Origin: Spirochaetia bacterium
Lineage (GTDB): Bacteria; Spirochaetota; Spirochaetia; CAKZLE01
Reading direction: 5' to 3'
Length of the DNA: 64,000 bases
NCBI GenBank assembly: GCA_963677595.1
Contig: OY782041.1
Location: 1,312,001-1,376,000 of the forward strand
In this document: piece by piece, positions 38,916 through 47,887 of the stretch
Layout of the letters: the number at the start of each line of letters is the position of its first letter
Position numbering within the stretch: the stretch's first letter is position 1
Position numbers and translations under genes: made by a program
Notes under the pieces: generated by a model
The model's database searches: none
What the model was told of the DNA's origin: nothing
Seen by the model: only the letters and a program-made list of their open reading frames with translations

Positions 38916-40121
38916 CTACTTCAACAGCTCCCGCTCCAGGTCCCTCAGGAAGAGCCCCACATCACTGACGATGCCGATCGCCTGCCCGGATCCCCGGTCA
39001 GAGAGCTTGGTCACCACCGCCGGGTTGATGTCGACGCAGATCGTCTTCACCCAGGAGGGGGTCATGTTTCCCGTCCCGATGGAGTGGAGCATGGAGGAGA
39101 GCATGATGATCATATCGGCATCCCTGATGATCTCGGCATACTGCCGCTGTGCCTCGATCATGTCGTTGACTGTCTCAGGGAGCGGCCCGTCATCCCTGAT
39201 AGACCCCGCGAGGCAGTAGGGGATCCCTGAACGTTCGACCTCGTACATGAGCCCATCGGTGAGGACCCCGTCAGCGATCGCCTGGCGTATCGACCCGCAG
39301 CCGTAGATCCGGTTGATAGCCTTCATATGGTGGTTGTGGCCGTGCTCGGCCACTGCCCCCGATCTCAGGTCGACCCCGAGAGAGGTCCCAAAGAAACGGT
39401 ATTCCAGGTCATGTACCGCTACGGCGTTCCCCCCAAGGAACCCGTGGATATACCCCTCCCTGATGATCGCCGCAAGAGCATCGGCACCGCCGGTATGGAC
39501 GACCACCGGGCCGCAGACGACCACGACCTTCCCGCCCCGCCTGTGTACCTGCCTGAGCTCCGCGGCGACCTTCTCGACGGCGACCCTGCCGCTCCGCTCG
39601 GAGGAGACCTCGTTGGCCATGAAGGCGAACTCGGAGCGCTGCTCGATGAAGGGGGGATAGACCCTGACCGAGTCGCTCCCGCAGACCACGTAGTCCCCGG
39701 CTTGTATATCCCGGAGCTTCACGCAGCTGAAGCACTTCCCGTCGAAGACGACCGCTGCATCCATCCGCTGTGACGAGACCTCGAACCAGGTCCCCCGGTA
39801 GTAGACCTCGGTACGGTGGTTCGTGGTGGAGTAGAACTCCTCGGGCACATGCCGGTCCTTGTCGGTGGGCACCAGCACGGCAGAGGGGACCTCCTTCTCG
39901 AAGGCCCCGTACCCGGTGAGCCGCCTGCCGATCTGTTGAAGCTGCTCTTCATCCCCGGCGATGACTGCCAACTCAAGGGAGGAGGCTTCCCCGGGATGCT
40001 TCCCGACATCGAACCGGGTGATCTGGTAGTCACCCTGCTCGTTGAGGATCGTGTTGAGGATCTGCGAGAAGACCCCTGAATCGATCAGGTGACCCTCTGT
40101 CTGGTAGATGCGTTTCTTCAT
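38916..40121 (-). CDS. TIGR00300 family (LOR/SDH-domain) ornithine cyclodeaminase-like protein
   Basis: GHLIDSG, FYSTTNH, RMD, VSSE, GNAVAVHD, GSIRDDGPLP, KLSDRGS. Confidence 0.88.
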   Translation of the reverse strand: MKKRIYQTEGHLIDSGVFSQILNTILNEQGDYQITRFDVGKHPGEASSLELAVIAGDEEQLQQIGRRLTGYGAFEKEVPSAVLVPTDKDRHVPEEFYSTTNHRTEVYYRGTWFEVSSQRMDAAVVFDGKCFSCVKLRDIQAGDYVVCGSDSVRVYPPFIEQRSEFAFMANEVSSERSGRVAVEKVAAELRQVHRRGGKVVVVCGPVVVHTGGADALAAIIREGYIHGFLGGNAVAVHDLEYRFFGTSLGVDLRSGAVAEHGHNHHMKAINRIYGCGSIRQAIADGVLTDGLMYEVERSGIPYCLAGSIRDDGPLPETVNDMIEAQRQYAEIIRDADMIIMLSSMLHSIGTGNMTPSWVKTICVDINPAVVTKLSDRGSGQAIGIVSDVGLFLRDLERELLK

Positions 40122-40196
40122 ATCTTCTGTGATACCACCATTACCGCAGAATGTAAAGCAAGAGTTCCTGCAGCCCTGAATCCGGACTCCCGGCTA

Positions 40197-40224
40197 TTGA
40201 CAATTTTTCAATTTGCCTTATATT
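40197..40224 (+). promoter_or_regulatory. Sigma70-like promoter of the speA operon
   Basis: TTGACA-16bp-TATATT, about 180 nt upstream of speA. Confidence 0.55.
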
Positions 40225-40407
40225 GGACATAGTCTTTTAACCAAAGCCGGCAAACGGGACCTCATGCTGAGGAGTTGCTGATTATATCTTACTGGAAAAG
40301 GATATGGATGATTCTGGATAGGGTATAGTATTCTCCAAGAGGGGTCGACTGACTCACTCCCCTTCCATGCGTCACCTGACCTCTTCCGACAGGAGCGTGC
40401 ATCTGAC

Positions 40408-42330
40408 ATGAAACAGGAACATACCATCGAGCGCTGGAAAGTGAACGATTCAGACAGTCTCTACCGTATCAGTGACTGGGGGGCCGGTCTGTTCGGCATC
40501 TCACCGGACGGCTGCGTGACCGTCAACCCGAAGTTCAACGGCAGGCAGGCTGCCTCCATCAAGCTCATCGACGTGATCTCAGGCATCATCGACCGGGGGC
40601 TGGAGATGCCGGTCCTGCTGCGCATCGAGAACCTGCTCGATACCCAGATCACCCTGCTCAATGAGAGCTTCCGCAAGGCGATGAAGAACCTCAAGTACAA
40701 GGGGACCTTCCAGGGAGTCTACCCCATCAAGGTCAACCAGCAGCAGCAGGTCGTCGAAGAGGTAGCCAAGTTCGGCTCCCGCTACCACCACGGGCTCGAG
40801 GCCGGTTCCAAGGCTGAGCTCATCGCGGCCCTCTCGATCATCGAGGATATGGATTCCTGCCTCATCTGCAACGGCTACAAGGATGCCGAGTTCGTCGACC
40901 TCGGCCTCGATGCCGTCAGGATGGGCTATAAATGCTTCTTCGTCATCGAGATGCCGCAGGAGCTGGACCTGGTCCTCGAACGTTCGAAAGCCCTGGGCGT
41001 CGAGCCGCTGCTCGGCGTGCGGATCAAGCTCTCCGCGAAGGCGGGGGGTAATTGGAGCGAGTCCGGCGGGGACCGGAGCATCTTCGGGCTCTCGCCCACG
41101 CAGCTCATCGATGCGGTCGACACCCTGAAGGCAGCGGACATGCTCCATACCCTGAAGCTCCTCCACTACCACCAGGGGTCCCAGATCCCGAACATCCGGG
41201 ATATCAGGCACGCGGTGCTGGAGGCAGGCAGGTTCTATGCCGACCTGGTCGCCGAGGGTGCCCCCATGGGCTACCTCGACATCGGGGGCGGACTCGCCAT
41301 CGATTACGACGGGTCCCAGACCAACTACCAGTACAGCAAGAACTATCACCTCGACGAGTACACCGCAGACGTCGTGGAGGTGGTCATGGACGTCCTCGAC
41401 CGCCAGGAGATCCCGCACCCGACGATCATCACCGAGTCGGGACGTGCCACGGTCGCCTACTACTCGATCCTGCTCATGAACGTCCTCGATATCGCATACA
41501 CCAAGCCAAAACCCCTGGCAGGGGAGATACCTGCCGAGACTCCCGAGGTCATCCTCAACCTCCACGAGGTCCTCTCGACCATCAACCAGAAGAACGTGCA
41601 GGAGAGCCTCAACGATGCCCTCTACTACCGGGACGAGGTACGCCAGCAGTTCAAGGCTGACCAGCTCTCGCTGCGCCAGAGAGGCTATGCAGAGAACCTC
41701 TTCCAGCATGTCATCTACAAGATATCGACTGAGGCACAGAAGCGTAAGCGCATACCGCCGGGGCTCGAGCACCTGGACGACATCCTCGCGGACATCTACT
41801 ACACGAACCTCAGCGTCTTCCAGTCGCTGCCCGACGCCTGGGCGATCAACCAGGTCTTCCCGATCATCCCGATCCACCGCCTCGACGAACGTCCTGAGCG
41901 GAGGGGCATCCTGGCAGACATCACCTGCGACAGCGACGGGAAGATCGACCAGTTCATCGGGCGTTACGACCTCGAGAGGACCCTGCCGCTCCACGACATC
42001 CATGAGGGAGAGGAGTACTACCTCGGGGCTTTCTTAGTGGGGGCCTACCAGGAGACGCTCGGGGACCTCCACAACCTCTTCGGGGACACCAACGTGGTCA
42101 GTATCAGGATCCAGCCGGAGGGGACCTTCGACTTCATCCGGGAGATCGAGGGCGACACCATAGCCGATGTGCTCGAGTATGTGGAATACGACCCGAGGCA
42201 GGTGCTCGAACGGTTCCGCCAGAAGGCCGAGAAGGCTGTACGGGACGGCTACGTCTCCCCGAAAGAACGGAAGACGATCATCCAGCGATTCGAAGAGAGC
42301 CTCAGGGGCTACACCTATTACGAACGATAA
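40408..42330 (+). CDS. speA: Biosynthetic arginine decarboxylase
   Basis: YPIKVNQ (PLP Lys), EAGSKAEL, TESGRA, TCDSDG, GAYQETLGDLHNLFG. Confidence 0.95.
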   Translation: MKQEHTIERWKVNDSDSLYRISDWGAGLFGISPDGCVTVNPKFNGRQAASIKLIDVISGIIDRGLEMPVLLRIENLLDTQITLLNESFRKAMKNLKYKGTFQGVYPIKVNQQQQVVEEVAKFGSRYHHGLEAGSKAELIAALSIIEDMDSCLICNGYKDAEFVDLGLDAVRMGYKCFFVIEMPQELDLVLERSKALGVEPLLGVRIKLSAKAGGNWSESGGDRSIFGLSPTQLIDAVDTLKAADMLHTLKLLHYHQGSQIPNIRDIRHAVLEAGRFYADLVAEGAPMGYLDIGGGLAIDYDGSQTNYQYSKNYHLDEYTADVVEVVMDVLDRQEIPHPTIITESGRATVAYYSILLMNVLDIAYTKPKPLAGEIPAETPEVILNLHEVLSTINQKNVQESLNDALYYRDEVRQQFKADQLSLRQRGYAENLFQHVIYKISTEAQKRKRIPPGLEHLDDILADIYYTNLSVFQSLPDAWAINQVFPIIPIHRLDERPERRGILADITCDSDGKIDQFIGRYDLERTLPLHDIHEGEEYYLGAFLVGAYQETLGDLHNLFGDTNVVSIRIQPEGTFDFIREIEGDTIADVLEYVEYDPRQVLERFRQKAEKAVRDGYVSPKERKTIIQRFEESLRGYTYYER

Positions 42331-42344
42331 GGAGGACTCAAGGT

Positions 42345-43520
42345 ATGGGAAGAGTCTTGATCATAGGAGCGGGCGGTGTCGGCCAGGTCGTGGTCCACAA
42401 ATGTGCCCAGCTCCCGGAAACATTCGAGTATATCGCGCTGGCAAGCAGGACGAAGTCGAAATGTGATGCGATCGCAGCACAGCTTGATCGACAGATCGAC
42501 ACCTTCGAGGTCGATGCCGACCATGTCGATGAACTGGTCGCGCTCATCGAGTCGGTCAACCCGGAGCTGGTGATCAACGTCGCACTGCCTTACCAGGACC
42601 TGACCATCATGGATGCCTGCCTGGCAACCGGCGTGAACTACCTCGACACGGCGAACTACGAGCCGAAGAATACCGCCCACTTCGAGTACTCCTGGCAGTG
42701 GGCCTACCAGGAGAGGTTCAGGGAGGCGGGCTTGACCGCGCTGCTCGGCAGCGGGTTCGACCCCGGCGTCACCAATGTCTTCACCGCCTACCTTGCCAAG
42801 CACGAGTTCGACGAGATCCGCAGCCTCAACATCATCGATGTCAACGGGGGTGACCACGGCCAGCACTTCGCGACCAACTTCAACCCCGAGATCAACATCA
42901 GGGAAGTGACCGCTCCCTGCAGGCACTGGGAGGACGGGGCATTCATCGAGACGGATGCCTTGAGCACCTCGCAGTCCTTCACCTGCCCGGAGGAGGTCGG
43001 CACCTACTCGATCTACCGGATGTACCATGAGGAACTCGAGTCACTGGTGAAGCACTTCCCGACACTGAAGGAAGCGAAGTTCTGGATGAGTTTCTCCCAG
43101 AACTACCTCACCCATCTCTCGGTCCTCGAGCATGTCGGCATGACGAGGATCGACCCCGTCATGTACCAGGGCCATGAGATCATCCCCCTGCAGTTCCTCA
43201 AGGCCGTGCTTCCTGAACCTTCGTCGCTCGGACCCACCACCCATGGGAGGACCTGTATCGGCTGCCGGGTCGAGGGAGTGAAGGACGGGAAGAAGATCTC
43301 GAAGTACATCTACAATATCTGCGACCATGAGGAGGCCTACCGTGAGGTCGGATCCCAGGCAGTAAGCTATACCACCGGGGTACCGGCAATGATCGGCGCG
43401 AAGATGCTGCTTGAGAAGAAGTGGACCGGGGCAGGTGTCTTCAACATGGAGCAGTTCGATCCCGACCCATTCATGGAAGACCTCAATGCATACGGGCTTC
43501 CCTGGAAGATCATCGACTAG
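42345..43520 (+). CDS. Carboxy(nor)spermidine dehydrogenase (saccharopine dehydrogenase family)
   Basis: GAGGVG, NVALPYQDL, GFDPGVT, FATNFNPEINIRE; lies directly upstream of nspC. Confidence 0.92.
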   Translation: MGRVLIIGAGGVGQVVVHKCAQLPETFEYIALASRTKSKCDAIAAQLDRQIDTFEVDADHVDELVALIESVNPELVINVALPYQDLTIMDACLATGVNYLDTANYEPKNTAHFEYSWQWAYQERFREAGLTALLGSGFDPGVTNVFTAYLAKHEFDEIRSLNIIDVNGGDHGQHFATNFNPEINIREVTAPCRHWEDGAFIETDALSTSQSFTCPEEVGTYSIYRMYHEELESLVKHFPTLKEAKFWMSFSQNYLTHLSVLEHVGMTRIDPVMYQGHEIIPLQFLKAVLPEPSSLGPTTHGRTCIGCRVEGVKDGKKISKYIYNICDHEEAYREVGSQAVSYTTGVPAMIGAKMLLEKKWTGAGVFNMEQFDPDPFMEDLNAYGLPWKIID

Positions 43521-43531
43521 GAGGAAAGCGC

Positions 43532-44665
43532 ATGAGCTTCTTCGACCCCTCGAAGGTACCGAGTCCCTCGTACGTCGTCGACCTGCAGCTGCTGGAGCGG
43601 AACCTCGGGATCCTCGAGCAGGTGAAGGTACGCAGCGGGGCCCATGTCCTGCTCGCGCTGAAGGCCTTCAGCATGTTCAGCGTCTTCCCGCAGATCGCCG
43701 CCCGGCTTGACGGGATCTGCGCAAGCTCCCCCGACGAGGCACGCCTCGGCAGGGAGGAGTTCGGGAAGGAGGTCCACAGCTACTGCCCGGCCTATACGGA
43801 AGCCTCGTTACAGGAATTCCTCACGCACAGCGACCACCTTGTCTTCAATAACCAGCGGCAGCTGCAGCGGCTGCTGCCGTTCATCCCTGAGCATGTGAGC
43901 ATCGGGCTGCGGCTCAACCCGCAGCAGCAGGAAGCGGAAGTCGAGATCTACGACCCCTCAGCTCCCTGCTCCCGGCTCGGGACCATCCGCGACGAGTTCG
44001 ACCCCGACCTCCTTGAGCGGATCGACGGCTTCCATGTCCACAACCTCTGTGAACAGGACTCGGACTCCCTCGTCAGGACCTGGGAGGCGATAGAGCGTAA
44101 GTTCGGTCCCTGGTTACCGCAGATGAAGTGGATCAACCTCGGGGGCGGCCACCATATCACGAGGGCCGATTACCATGTCGAGCCCCTCATCGAGCTGGTA
44201 CAGCGTATCAGGGAGGACTACGATGTCGAGGTCTATCTCGAACCGGGAGAGGCAGTCGCCCTGAATACCGGCTACTTCGTCTCGACGGTCATCGACACGC
44301 TGCACAACCATATGGACCTGGCGATCCTGGACTCATCGGCCTCCTGCCACCTCCCTGACGTCCTCGAGATGCCCTACCGGCCTGGTATCATCGGGGCCGG
44401 GAAGCCTGGGGACTACCCGCACACCTACCGGCTCGGGGGACTCTCCTGCCTGGCAGGGGACGTGATCGGGGACTACAGCTTCCCGGAACCGCTGCAGCTC
44501 GGACAGCGCCTCGTCTTCACCGACATGGCGCACTACACCATGGTGAAGACCAACACCTTCAACGGGGTGCGGCTCCCGTCGATCTGTACCTTCGATCCTA
44601 AGAAAGATCAGTATGAGGTCATACGGACCTTTGGCTACGAAGATTTCAAGGGGAGGCTCTCATGA
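43532..44665 (+). CDS. nspC: Carboxy(nor)spermidine decarboxylase
   Basis: LLALKAF, SRLG, GGGHHIT, EPGEAV, CLAGD, YTMVK.NTFNG; start after SD GGAGG. Confidence 0.93.
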   Translation: MSFFDPSKVPSPSYVVDLQLLERNLGILEQVKVRSGAHVLLALKAFSMFSVFPQIAARLDGICASSPDEARLGREEFGKEVHSYCPAYTEASLQEFLTHSDHLVFNNQRQLQRLLPFIPEHVSIGLRLNPQQQEAEVEIYDPSAPCSRLGTIRDEFDPDLLERIDGFHVHNLCEQDSDSLVRTWEAIERKFGPWLPQMKWINLGGGHHITRADYHVEPLIELVQRIREDYDVEVYLEPGEAVALNTGYFVSTVIDTLHNHMDLAILDSSASCHLPDVLEMPYRPGIIGAGKPGDYPHTYRLGGLSCLAGDVIGDYSFPEPLQLGQRLVFTDMAHYTMVKTNTFNGVRLPSICTFDPKKDQYEVIRTFGYEDFKGRLS

Positions 44666-45540
44666 ACTGGTTCCTCTCATCAGAGATAGAGAACGGGATC
44701 CCGGAAGATTCCCTCTTCCACATCATCCCCGTACCGTTCGAGGAGAGCGTCTCCTACGGCACCGGGACTGCCCGCGGCCCCCAGGCGATCATAGACGCCT
44801 CCTCCCAGCTCGAACTCTCCCAGCGTAGCATCGATCCCGCCGGACGCGGGATCCATACCCTTGACCCAGTGGTCAAGCGGCATGAGGAGTCCATCCCCGA
44901 GTACCTCAAGCGGCTCGAGGGGGTCCATCATCGGATACTTACCCAGGGAAACATCCCCATCCAGGTAGGCGGGGAGCATACGGTAACCTTCGCCGCAGTC
45001 GAGGCCTGCAGCAGGGTCTTCGGGGAGATCGGGGTCATCCAGTTCGATGCCCATGCTGACCTGCGGAAAGTGTATGAGGGGAGCCGGTTCTCCCATGCCT
45101 GCGTCATGCGGCGCATCTGCGACGAACTCCGCCTCCCGATCCTGGAGGTCGGGATCCGGGCCTATTCAGTAGAGGAGTCCCGGTTCATCGACGAGCATAA
45201 CATCCCGGTCATCACCGGCAGCGAGGCCGATGCCCAGGGACTGCGTGAGCTCATCCTTCCCGACGACTTCCCCGAACATGTCTTCATCACCTTCGATGTC
45301 GACGGGCTTGACCCGTCGATCATGCCCGCGACAGGGACCCCGGTCCCGGGTGGGCTCCAATGGTACCAGACGTTGGACATGATCGAGTCGGTCGCCCAGC
45401 AGCGGAGGATCGTGAGCTTCGATATCGTAGAGCTCGCACCGATCCACGGGCTACACCACTGCGATTTCACTGCTGCCCAGCTCATGTACCACATCATGTC
45501 GCTCATCACGCTCCAGCAGAGACCCAGGACAAACGCATGA
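44662..45540 (+). CDS. speB: Agmatinase (last four residues encoded by the IS end)
   Basis: GGEH, DAHADLR, DVDGLDP, TGTPVPGG. Confidence 0.92.
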   Translation: MNWFLSSEIENGIPEDSLFHIIPVPFEESVSYGTGTARGPQAIIDASSQLELSQRSIDPAGRGIHTLDPVVKRHEESIPEYLKRLEGVHHRILTQGNIPIQVGGEHTVTFAAVEACSRVFGEIGVIQFDAHADLRKVYEGSRFSHACVMRRICDELRLPILEVGIRAYSVEESRFIDEHNIPVITGSEADAQGLRELILPDDFPEHVFITFDVDGLDPSIMPATGTPVPGGLQWYQTLDMIESVAQQRRIVSFDIVELAPIHGLHHCDFTAAQLMYHIMSLITLQQRPRTNA

Positions 45541-45669
45541 AACAAAACTAATTGATTAACAGCAAAGAACTAACCATCGGAAAAACTGAAGAAAATGAGA
45601 AATTTTCTGGTAATTCTGATGGTTTTCTTGTATAATGTATTACATAGTATGTAATACTTCGGAGGTTGT

Positions 45670-46287
45670 ATGCCCTATCCACCGTGGGTCATGAAACATA
45701 AACAGAAAGGCATGTATGTCAACAAGGTCAATGATTCAACCTATCGTATCTATCGCGGTCATTCAGAACGGGTGAAAGGCACCAAGAAAGTCAAACGTAT
45801 CGTTGATGAATACATCGGTACCATCACCGAGAAAGATGGTCTGATCCCCACAAAACCCAAGATCAAGGGCGAGGTGCGTACCCTTCGTAGTGGAGGATAT
45901 GCGATCCTCTGGCGATTCTGTCGAGCCAACCTGCAGCGCATACCTCAGCTCATGGGAGATGATGCGGGTGCTGCCGTACTTGCTTCTGCGATACTTCAGG
46001 TGATCTATGGGGAGGCTTCTTCTTTTCTGTATAGCTGTGATTGGGTGAGTATGGCCTATCCTGATGTCACCTTCCCCCTGACACCTCTGCTGGAGGCAGA
46101 AGCGAGGCGAGTGGCAACGGCCTTGCGATCCACACTCACGGCGGTTTTCGGGGAACAGGCTTCACTGGTGATGCATGCTGCTGCCTTCATCACCAGGGTC
46201 TGGGTAAATGGGCAATGGGTCAATGCCGTCGTGCCGCAAGCATGTAGGGAGCTGGCAAAGACCTATGATTTTCGTTGGGAGGTGTAA
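45670..46287 (+). CDS. IS-borne hypothetical protein (ORF1)
   Basis: 205-aa ORF with SD GGAGG inside the IS; basic N-terminus PPWVMKHKQKG...YIGTIT. Confidence 0.75.
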   Translation: MPYPPWVMKHKQKGMYVNKVNDSTYRIYRGHSERVKGTKKVKRIVDEYIGTITEKDGLIPTKPKIKGEVRTLRSGGYAILWRFCRANLQRIPQLMGDDAGAAVLASAILQVIYGEASSFLYSCDWVSMAYPDVTFPLTPLLEAEARRVATALRSTLTAVFGEQASLVMHAAAFITRVWVNGQWVNAVVPQACRELAKTYDFRWEV

Positions 46288-46288
46288 C

Positions 46289-47623
46289 ATGGCACAAGAG
46301 ACTACAAGAGGAATGGATCTCTTCATGGAGATACAGGATGCGATGGGGACGATCGGCCCTTGGCAGGCTGAGCGGAAGGCTACTCGCAAGGTCATCAAGC
46401 GATTAGTGAGTATCCTTGATACGAACGTTGATGATCCGAGGATGCAAGGGAAGGTCGCCTATCCTCTTTCGGAGATCATCGTATTGTCATTCTTCGCTGT
46501 CTTGGGGGGCGCAGTCACCTTTCAGGACATGGAAGCCATGTGCACATACAAAGAGAAGTATTTTCGTCAGTTCCTTCCCCTGAAGTCAGGGATTCCGTCA
46601 CATGATACCTTCTGCAGGGTCTTCTCCCTCATCGATATGGGACAACTCAATGATGCCTTGGTGCTGTTCGTCATGCAGGCCATGGAAGACCTGCGAAAGG
46701 CTTTGAAGATACCGGAACCTCTGCTGAAGCAGATATGTGTGGATGGGAAGGAGGCTCGAGGATCTGGTCGGATGACGAATGCAGAAGGAACAACGATCCG
46801 GAATATTCAGACGTTGCATGTCTACTCCTCCTATAACGGAATCTGTCTGAAGTCGGTGCAGATAGATCAGAAATCCAATGAGATCCCCAAAGCACAGGAG
46901 GTCTTGTCCACGATGGACTTACGAGGGACTCTGGTCTCATTCGATGCCTTGAATACGCAGAAAGGGACGATCGATGTCATCATCGAAGGGAAAGGGCACT
47001 ATCTTGGTGGATTGAAAGGGAATCAGAAGACACTCCTGGAGGAGAGCGCTGCCTATTTCACCCCTGAATACCTCCAACAGGCGGAGAATGATCCTGATAG
47101 ATATTACCGGACGATGGAGAAAGCTCATGGGCAGATGGAAGAGTGCGTCTATACGGTAGCAAACGTGAAAGCGAAAGATCGCTGTTTCTTCTCTGACTGG
47201 GCAGGGATCAAAGCGGTGATACGGTTTGATAAGCGTACCGAAAAGATCAATACCGGGAAGAAGACTCAGGAGACTCGGTATTACATCACCAGTCTCGATG
47301 GCGATGCTCAGATCTGCGGAAAAGCGATCCGGGAACATTGGCAGGTCGAGAATTCCCTGCATGGGTTCCTGGATGTGATGTTCTATGATGATGAGAATAC
47401 TACGGTCAATCGTACGGCTAGCGGCAATCTGTCGCTGGTAAAGAAGATGACCCTTTCTCTGTATAAGATGATGAAGCCCCTTGAGAATTCGAAGACGCTC
47501 AGTCAGATCAAGAGAGGCTTCCATTGGGCCTATGAGGACGTTCTTGAGAGGATGTTGAGTATGTGTGATAACCGGACTATTCGCACCGCATTAGATGAGT
47601 CCTTGCAGAAACAGAAGAAATAA
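46289..47623 (+). CDS. ISAs1 family DDE transposase
   Basis: DPR..GKV.YPL, GIPSHDTF, DGKE.RGS, KSNEIP, DALNTQ, LKGNQ, REHWQVENSLH. Confidence 0.93.
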   Translation: MAQETTRGMDLFMEIQDAMGTIGPWQAERKATRKVIKRLVSILDTNVDDPRMQGKVAYPLSEIIVLSFFAVLGGAVTFQDMEAMCTYKEKYFRQFLPLKSGIPSHDTFCRVFSLIDMGQLNDALVLFVMQAMEDLRKALKIPEPLLKQICVDGKEARGSGRMTNAEGTTIRNIQTLHVYSSYNGICLKSVQIDQKSNEIPKAQEVLSTMDLRGTLVSFDALNTQKGTIDVIIEGKGHYLGGLKGNQKTLLEESAAYFTPEYLQQAENDPDRYYRTMEKAHGQMEECVYTVANVKAKDRCFFSDWAGIKAVIRFDKRTEKINTGKKTQETRYYITSLDGDAQICGKAIREHWQVENSLHGFLDVMFYDDENTTVNRTASGNLSLVKKMTLSLYKMMKPLENSKTLSQIKRGFHWAYEDVLERMLSMCDNRTIRTALDESLQKQKK

Positions 47624-47887
47624 GAGTTCTCATAAGAAATTCACAGCCCCTTCCTCAATCTCCCCTCCCGATAGGTACTGCTTCAGGCATCGGGAGGGGG
47701 CTCTTTGTCAGAGGATGATCATTTTCCTGATTTGAACCATTCATTCCCTGCGATTATTCAGATTCGTGATCCTGCCCTCAGAGTGTACGCGATTTCATGC
47801 GTTTGTCCTGGCAGAGACCATAATTTTCTTCCACTGCACCAGATAAGCTGGTACACTTATACAAACAGTATATGAGTGAGGTGCCTG

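Larger units (their letters stand above)
45525..47810 (+). mobile_element. ISAs1-family insertion sequence, 2286 bp, two ORFs
   Basis: 18-bp perfect terminal inverted repeats CAGGACAAACGCATGAAA / TTTCATGCGTTTGTCCTG; 9-bp target duplication GCAGAGACC at 45516-45524 and 47811-47819. Confidence 0.93.

Noticed and set aside
40579-42003. 474-aa minus-strand ORF
   Set aside because: Antisense shadow of speA caused by GC-rich codon bias; no motifs.
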